Shown piece by piece: positions 58,161 through 64,000 of a stretch of DNA of 64,000 bases. The number at the start of each line of letters is the position of its first letter. Within the stretch, counting starts at the first letter, position 1. The notes below the pieces were generated by a model. It was not told where the DNA came from, did no database searches, and saw only the letters and a list, made by a program, of their open reading frames with translations. The stretch is from Polaromonas sp. (GTDB lineage Bacteria > Pseudomonadota > Gammaproteobacteria > Burkholderiales > Burkholderiaceae_C): positions 29,385 to 93,384 of the forward strand of contig NZ_JBDTTH010000005.1 in the NCBI RefSeq assembly GCF_039930745.1. Reading direction: 5' to 3'. A program made the position numbers and the translations under genes.

Positions 58161-61058
58161 ATGCTGATGCCAACCGCCAAGCCCCTGCGCGAGCTTGAAA
58201 ACGCTTCCGAGTTCATTGCCCGCCATATCGGCATCGATGATGCTGACGAAGCACACATGCTCAACGTGGTGGGCTCTGCCTCGCGGCGTGAACTCATCGA
58301 CGGTATCGTGCCGCGTAGCATCGCACGGCGCAATGCCATGGCGATTCCGGCATCCGCCACCGAAGCCCAGGCCTTGGCAGAGCTGAAGGCAATGGCTGAA
58401 AGGAACAAGGTGTTCAAGAGCTTTATCGGCCAAGGCTATTACGGCACGCACACACCCGGTGTGATCCTTCGCAACATCCTGGAAAACCCCGCCTGGTACA
58501 CCGCCTACACGCCTTACCAGGCTGAAATTTCACAGGGCCGTATGGAGGCGCTGGTCAACTTCCAGACCATGGTCTGCGACCTGACCGGCATGCCGATTGC
58601 AAACGCCTCCATGCTGGACGAGGCCACCGCCGCCGCTGAAGCCATGACCCTGGCCAAACGCAGTGTCAAGAGCAAGAGCAATGTCTTCATCGTGGCTGGC
58701 GATTGCCATCCGCAAACCATCGAGGTCATCCAAACCCGCGCCAGACCGCTGGGCATTGAGGTCAAGGTCAGCACCGCCGCCGTGACCGTGCCGCAGCTGA
58801 TGGCTGAGGGCAATTACTTCGGCGTGCTGGCCCAGTACCCGGCCACCACAGGCAGCATTCATGACTTGCGCCCCCTGGCTGGACAAGCCCATGTAGATGG
58901 GGCAGCGCTCTGCGTCGCTGCCGACCTGCTGGCACTCACGCTGCTGGCGCCTCCCGGTGAATGGGACGCCGACATCGTGCTGGGCAGCACCCAGCGCTTT
59001 GGCGTGGCCATGGGCAACGGCGGCCCCCATGCTGCCTACCTGGCCTGTCGCGATGAATACAAACGCTCCCTGCCCGGCCGTCTGGTGGGCGTCAGCGTCG
59101 ATGTGCACGGCAACCCGACCTACCGCCTGGCACTGCAAACCCGCGAGCAACACATCCGCCGCGAAAAGGCCACCTCCAACATCTGCACGGCCCAGGTGCT
59201 GCCGGCCGTGCTGGCCAGCATGTACGCGGTGTACCACGGCCCGCAAGGCCTCAAGCGCATCGCGCAGCGCGTAGCCAGCTACACCGCCATTTTTGCGCGC
59301 GGCATGCAGCAGATGGGTTACGAGATAACTAACGCCAGCGCCTTCGACTCGGTCACCATCAAGACAGGAGATGCTACACAATTGATAGCTGATCGCGCTC
59401 ACCAGTCGGAGGCGAACCTGCGATATCGCTTGAACAATCACTTGGGCGTTTCGCTCGACGAAACCACCACGCGCGAAGACCTGGAAATGCTCTGGTCCTT
59501 CTTTGTCAAACCAGGCAAGCCCATGCCGCGCCTGAGCGATTTCGAAAAAGGCGTTGAGCCGCTGATCCCCGAAGAGCTGCGCCGCACCACGCCATTCCTC
59601 ACGCACCCGGTGTTCAACACGCACCATTCCGAAACTAGCATGTTGCGCTACATCCGCATGCTCAGCGACAAGGACTTGGCACTGGACCGTAGCATGATCC
59701 CGCTCGGCAGCTGCACCATGAAGCTCAACGCGACCAGCGAGATGATTCCCGTCACCTGGCCCGAGTTCGCCAACATCCACCCCTTTGCCCCGCAAGAGCA
59801 ACTGCAAGGCTATGCCGATCTTGACCGGCAACTGCGCGAGTGGCTTTGCCAGGCCACAGGTTACGCCGGCATCAGCCTGCAGCCCAACGCCGGTTCCCAG
59901 GGCGAATACGCCGGCCTGCTGGTCATCAAAGCCTTCCATGAGGCACAAGGCCAGGGCCACCGCAACATCTGCCTGATTCCCTCATCGGCCCATGGCACCA
60001 ATCCGGCCAGCGCGCAAATGGCCGGCATGACGGTGGTGGTGACAGCCTGCGATGCGCAGGGCAATGTGGACATGGCCGACCTGAAGGCCAAGTGCGAGCA
60101 ACACAGCGCCAATCTGTCCTGCATGATGATCACCTACCCCAGCACGCACGGCGTGTTTGAAACACGGGTGAAAGAGCTTTGCGCACTGGTGCATTCGCAC
60201 GGCGGCCGGGTCTATGTCGACGGCGCCAACATGAACGCACTGGTCGGCGTGGCCGCACCGGGTGAGTTTGGCGGCGACGTGAGCCACCTGAACCTGCACA
60301 AGACCTTCTGCATTCCGCACGGCGGCGGCGGCCCCGGTGTCGGGCCCGTCTGCGTCGTGGCCGACCTTGTGCCTTTCCTGCCTGGCCATGCCACCGCGGG
60401 GTTTCCGGTCAATGGCGTGGGCGCCATATCAGCAGCGCCTCTTGGCAATGCGGCCGTGTTGCCTATCAGCTGGATGTACTGCCGCATGATGGGCGCAGAA
60501 GGCCTGCAACAGGCTACCGAGATCGCCATCCTGAGCGCCAACTACATCAGCGCACGCCTGAAAGACCGCTACCCGACGCTGTACGCCAGCGAGAATGGCC
60601 ATGTGGCGCACGAATGCATTCTGGATCTGCGCCCGCTGAAGGAAACCAGCGGCGTCAGCGCCGAAGACGTGGCCAAACGCCTGATGGACTACGGCTTTCA
60701 CGCGCCGACACTCAGCTTCCCGGTGCCCGGCACGCTGATGGTCGAACCCACCGAAAGCGAGACCCTGGCCGAGCTGGACCGTTTCATCAACGCCATGATC
60801 GCCATCCGTGAAGAGATCCGCAAGGTTGAGGCGGGGCACTGGCCGCAGGACAACAATCCGCTCAAACACGCACCACACACCGCAGCCAGCCTGCTGGGTG
60901 CCGAGTGGGACCGGCCGTATTCGCGCGAAACCGGCGCCTTTCCGCTGGCCACGCTCAAGCAGGTCAAGTACTGGCCGCCGGTGGGCCGGGTGGACAACGT
61001 ATATGGCGACCGCAACCTGTTCTGCAGCTGCGTGCCGGTGAGCGATTACGCCAGCTGA
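58161..61058 (+). CDS. gcvP: Glycine dehydrogenase (decarboxylating) P protein
   Basis: [36 protein letters not shown] lysine [15 protein letters not shown]. Confidence 0.97.
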   Translation: MLMPTAKPLRELENASEFIARHIGIDDADEAHMLNVVGSASRRELIDGIVPRSIARRNAMAIPASATEAQALAELKAMAERNKVFKSFIGQGYYGTHTPGVILRNILENPAWYTAYTPYQAEISQGRMEALVNFQTMVCDLTGMPIANASMLDEATAAAEAMTLAKRSVKSKSNVFIVAGDCHPQTIEVIQTRARPLGIEVKVSTAAVTVPQLMAEGNYFGVLAQYPATTGSIHDLRPLAGQAHVDGAALCVAADLLALTLLAPPGEWDADIVLGSTQRFGVAMGNGGPHAAYLACRDEYKRSLPGRLVGVSVDVHGNPTYRLALQTREQHIRREKATSNICTAQVLPAVLASMYAVYHGPQGLKRIAQRVASYTAIFARGMQQMGYEITNASAFDSVTIKTGDATQLIADRAHQSEANLRYRLNNHLGVSLDETTTREDLEMLWSFFVKPGKPMPRLSDFEKGVEPLIPEELRRTTPFLTHPVFNTHHSETSMLRYIRMLSDKDLALDRSMIPLGSCTMKLNATSEMIPVTWPEFANIHPFAPQEQLQGYADLDRQLREWLCQATGYAGISLQPNAGSQGEYAGLLVIKAFHEAQGQGHRNICLIPSSAHGTNPASAQMAGMTVVVTACDAQGNVDMADLKAKCEQHSANLSCMMITYPSTHGVFETRVKELCALVHSHGGRVYVDGANMNALVGVAAPGEFGGDVSHLNLHKTFCIPHGGGGPGVGPVCVVADLVPFLPGHATAGFPVNGVGAISAAPLGNAAVLPISWMYCRMMGAEGLQQATEIAILSANYISARLKDRYPTLYASENGHVAHECILDLRPLKETSGVSAEDVAKRLMDYGFHAPTLSFPVPGTLMVEPTESETLAELDRFINAMIAIREEIRKVEAGHWPQDNNPLKHAPHTAASLLGAEWDRPYSRETGAFPLATLKQVKYWPPVGRVDNVYGDRNLFCSCVPVSDYAS
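59372..59416 (+). repeat. Degenerate in-frame copy of the dispersed repeat inside gcvP
   Basis: TGCTAC-N7-ATAGCTGATCGCGC; same frame as the DsrE copy; right half eroded. Confidence 0.45.
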
Positions 61059-61070
61059 TCTTTGAGCAGC

Positions 61071-61826
61071 ATGGAGCCGCAGACGCTGGTCATCATTGCT
61101 GGCGCAATTGCTGCAGGTTTTGTGCAGGGCCTGTCGGGTTTCGGCTTCGGCCTGGTCGCCATGTCCTTCTGGGCCTGGACGATTGACCCCCGCCTTGCCG
61201 CTGCCATGGCTGTCTTTGGCGCGTTGACCGGTCAGATCATCGCAGCCATCACCGTGCGGCGCGGCTTTGACCTCAAACGCCTCGCGCCTTTTGTGTTGGG
61301 CGGCCTGCTGGGCCTTCCGCTTGGCATGCTCTTGCTGCCGCGGGTAGACGTGCAGGTGTTCAAGGCATTTCTGGGAAGCTTGCTGGCTGTCTGGTGCCCG
61401 GCCATGCTCTTCAGCGCGCAACTGCCCCGCATCACGCGAGGCGGCCACGTGGCTGATGCGCTGATCGGTGCCGGTGGCGGGGTCATGGGTGCACTCGGCG
61501 GCTTCACCGGCGTACTGCCCACGCTGTGGTGCACCCTACGCGGCACGGACAAAGACACCCAACGCGCCATCGTGCAAAACTTCAACCTGTCCATGTTGCT
61601 GGTCACCTTTGGCAGCTACCTCGCCACCGGCATCATCAGCACCGCCACCCTCCCTTACCTCGCCATCGTCGCACCTGCCATGCTGATTCCGTCGCTCCTG
61701 GGCGCGCGGCTGTACATCGGCATCAGCGAAGCAACGTTTCGCAAGGTCGTACTGAGTTTGCTGACTTGTACCGGAGTGGCTTTGTTGGCTTCGTCGGTGC
61801 CGGGCTTGTTGCGGCGCTTGGGCTGA
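61071..61826 (+). CDS. Sulfite exporter TauE/SafE family protein
   Basis: AGFVQGLSGFGFGLV, GALGGFTG, LGARLY; about eight TMs. Confidence 0.88.
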   Translation: MEPQTLVIIAGAIAAGFVQGLSGFGFGLVAMSFWAWTIDPRLAAAMAVFGALTGQIIAAITVRRGFDLKRLAPFVLGGLLGLPLGMLLLPRVDVQVFKAFLGSLLAVWCPAMLFSAQLPRITRGGHVADALIGAGGGVMGALGGFTGVLPTLWCTLRGTDKDTQRAIVQNFNLSMLLVTFGSYLATGIISTATLPYLAIVAPAMLIPSLLGARLYIGISEATFRKVVLSLLTCTGVALLASSVPGLLRRLG

Positions 61827-62328
61827 GCATGGGGTCAATGATTGTGCTCCCCTCCATTTGAAGGAGGTCACCAGACCCACGGCTGGCTGGCTCAGAGGCA
61901 GTTGCCTGCGGGAGCTCTAGCAATACGCTGCCTCGTTGCGGTTGCCCTATTCGGCGTGCCCGCCATCCGTCATTCGGGCTGGCTGCTCTCTGTGAGGAGA
62001 TCAGCGAGCGTTCCAAGCAAAAGGGACAGCAATGAGTTCAACAGATTGTTCGATACGGACGCGCAGCGGCAGAGCAAGAATTGGAACTACAAAGACCGCC
62101 GAGAGATATAGCTGCTGGCGATTATTCCGGTGATGTGCGGCCTAACCACTCAACGGGGCTAAGGAACGCACCAACGGCTTGACCCGCAAGGCTCTTCAGG
62201 TCATCATCCGCCTCATGGACCAGGCCGCTGGCGGTCCACCCAGCTCAAACGCCGGCTTGCAAGGCATTCCCGTGACGTGTCAGCTGGTAGGTAAATCTTA
62301 AAAAATCGAAGCGCACAGGAGTGTAGAT

Positions 62329-63117
62329 ATGAGAATGCGTTTAAGAAGGCCGCTCCTCTTTTGTGCCGCTGCCGTATTGCTTTGCTGTTCGCTGGCGAAG
62401 GCACAGACCGATTTCACGGTAGTTCCCAGGCACCTGGTTGTCGCCCGTGAGCTGGTTGAAAACATCAAGCCTGAAGACAATCAATACACGCTCAGGGAAC
62501 GGTCTATCAGCTTTCCGGGAGATATCTTCTCGAACAAGTATGCGATGAGGGCTGATTGCTCCGGCTTCTTGCTGGCTATTTTTGAACGAGCCAAATACTC
62601 GACGCAATCAAAGATGTCGTTTCTGGAATGGACGCCCAATCGGAAAAAACACACCGCAGAAGATTTCGTCCTCTCCATCGAAAAAGAGGGGGGCTTTACA
62701 CGCATCACCAAAGTCGAAGATTTAAAGCCCGGGGACGTGCTGGCGCACGCAATGCTGAATGTGGAAGACAAAAGGAAAACAGGCACGACGGGCCATGTAT
62801 TTTTGATCAACGGCCAGCCGAAACAAATCGTCCCCAGAAAACCGATCGTTGAAGAAACCAGGCAGTTCGAAGTTTCCGTCATCGACTCGAACGAAGCCTA
62901 TACCGGCGATGACGACAGCAGATTGGCTGACCCGTCGAACAAGGTCAAAGGGCTGGGCAAAGGAACCATCCGCCTTTACGCTGACTCCAGTGGCGAACTC
63001 GTAGGGTGGGCAACCACATTCAAAACTTCGACGAGGTTCTTTTCCTACAACCCGAGGTTTCCGTCTGAGACCAAGGCCCGGAAAGCGGCCATGGGAAGAC
63101 CAGTTGCAGGGATCTGA
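62329..63117 (+). CDS. Secreted protein with NlpC/P60-like Cys-His motifs
   Basis: Signal peptide; ADCSGF, DLKPGDVL and GHVF motifs; AGGAG RBS; visibly lower GC than its neighbours. Confidence 0.6.
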   Translation: MRMRLRRPLLFCAAAVLLCCSLAKAQTDFTVVPRHLVVARELVENIKPEDNQYTLRERSISFPGDIFSNKYAMRADCSGFLLAIFERAKYSTQSKMSFLEWTPNRKKHTAEDFVLSIEKEGGFTRITKVEDLKPGDVLAHAMLNVEDKRKTGTTGHVFLINGQPKQIVPRKPIVEETRQFEVSVIDSNEAYTGDDDSRLADPSNKVKGLGKGTIRLYADSSGELVGWATTFKTSTRFFSYNPRFPSETKARKAAMGRPVAGI

Positions 63118-63226
63118 TATTCCTGGAAGAGAGGTCAAGAAGTGTCGCCTTCGGCCATCTATCGATACCTGATCTCCGAAAATAAATCAGGGCTCCAGGA
63201 TTCCGGAGCAAGTCCGTGATGAAAAC

Positions 63227-63883
63227 TCAGGCAGTCAATCCCTCCAACCACCCCATCGCCTCCACCAACTCCCGCTCAATGAGCTCGTGCTGGCTCGGAT
63301 ACTCGGCGTAACTCAGCTCAATAGGTAGCGTCTTCACCAAATCGCGAATCACATGCGCATTGGTCAGCGGGATCACCTGGTCATGCGTGCCGTGGCTGAG
63401 CCAGAGTTGTTTTCCTTCCAGCGCTTCTGGCGCTGCTACCAATGGCACCACCTGTGTCAACAGGCGGCTGTGCAGCACCATCGCGGCCTGTAGCAGCACG
63501 GGCCGGGTTAGCAGCAGCGAGAGCGACATGATGCCGCCCTGGCTGAAGCCGCCGACCACCACACGTTCGGGCGGGACGCCCAGTTGCTGTGCGGCTGAAG
63601 CCACAGTCTTTGCCACCATGGCGCGGCTGGCGACCTCTTGCGCTTCGTTGATGATGCGGTCGCCCACCCGGTTGATGGAAAACTCAAACCAGCCGTAAGC
63701 GCCTGGACCCATCACATACGGGGCGCGCAGGCTGATAACGTGAAACTGCGGCGGCACATGAGGCGCCAGGCCAAACAGGTCTTCTTCGTCGCTGCCGACG
63801 CCGTGCATCAGCACCAGCAGCCAGGGTGCAGCACTTGCCGCATCGGCGGGTCGGTGCAAAAAAGAAAGGGGCAAATCAAGCAT
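63227..63883 (-). CDS. Phospholipase/carboxylesterase alpha/beta hydrolase
   Basis: LMHGVGSDE, nucleophile GFSQG, HGTHDQVIP, QHEL; AGGAG RBS before the ATG at 63883. Confidence 0.88.
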   Translation of the reverse strand: MLDLPLSFLHRPADAASAAPWLLVLMHGVGSDEEDLFGLAPHVPPQFHVISLRAPYVMGPGAYGWFEFSINRVGDRIINEAQEVASRAMVAKTVASAAQQLGVPPERVVVGGFSQGGIMSLSLLLTRPVLLQAAMVLHSRLLTQVVPLVAAPEALEGKQLWLSHGTHDQVIPLTNAHVIRDLVKTLPIELSYAEYPSQHELIERELVEAMGWLEGLTA

Positions 63884-63916
63884 GGGCAAAACTCCTGCGG
63901 GCATTGTGCCCGGCAT

Positions 63917-64000
63917 TCATGCAGACGGCTGCGGCAGAAGGCGCTTGAGGGCGAGCACCCCCAGCACAAACACCGCGCACAGCCCCACCGACATGAGCTG
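63917..64000 (-). CDS. 3' end of a membrane-protein gene running off the window
   Basis: Open frame QLMSVGLCAVFVLGVLALKRLLPQPSA* with a hydrophobic stretch. Confidence 0.5.
   Translation of the reverse strand, partial: QLMSVGLCAVFVLGVLALKRLLPQPSA

Noticed and set aside
62108-62142. Possible fifth copy of the dispersed repeat (ATAGCTGCTGGCG...GGCC)
   Set aside because: Spacing to GGCC is 31 rather than 33 nt and the GCCC/GGGC hairpin is absent.
62140-62260. attC-like pieces (GCCTAAC at 62140; AGCTCAAACG at 62242)
   Set aside because: No complementary GTTAGGC core, no convincing stem, no second site after the downstream gene and no integrase; at most a decayed relic.

Overview
High-GC betaproteobacterial chromosome segment. 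Gene content suggests Comamonadaceae (Polaromonas-like); this is inference. In order: a polyamine/GABA-type ABC transporter with gabD and a Tat-exported DsrE-family gene; tRNA-Gly(CCC), a Fic gene and a 5'-broken second tRNA-Gly; a complete class IIC group II intron inserted directly behind a terminator; a 14-kb MSHA-like type IV pilus/T2SS-like operon containing a miniature PrsK/PrsR-like two-component pair; housekeeping genes (scoAB, katG, AhpD-like, thioesterase, DMT, SDR, ETF-QO); a 20-kb XrtB/Methylobacillus-type (eps) Wzx/Wzy exopolysaccharide locus lacking epsD/epsH/epsI but containing a small protein with a degenerate PEP-CTERM-like tail; a dctM remnant; a tandem glycine riboswitch with gcvTHP; and a few accessory genes. 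Most interesting: (1) the reduced PrsK/PrsR-like pair (kinase without a G1 box, regulator without an AAA+ domain) in the pilus operon, beside a candidate enhancer/sigma54 site; (2) a ~60-bp palindromic dispersed repeat present twice between genes and twice in-frame inside proteins; (3) the exosortase-less eps locus; (4) two different tRNA-Gly alleles bracketing a His-less Fic gene. No CRISPR array, rRNA, integrase or IS transposase was seen. Family assignments come from motif recognition, not database searches.
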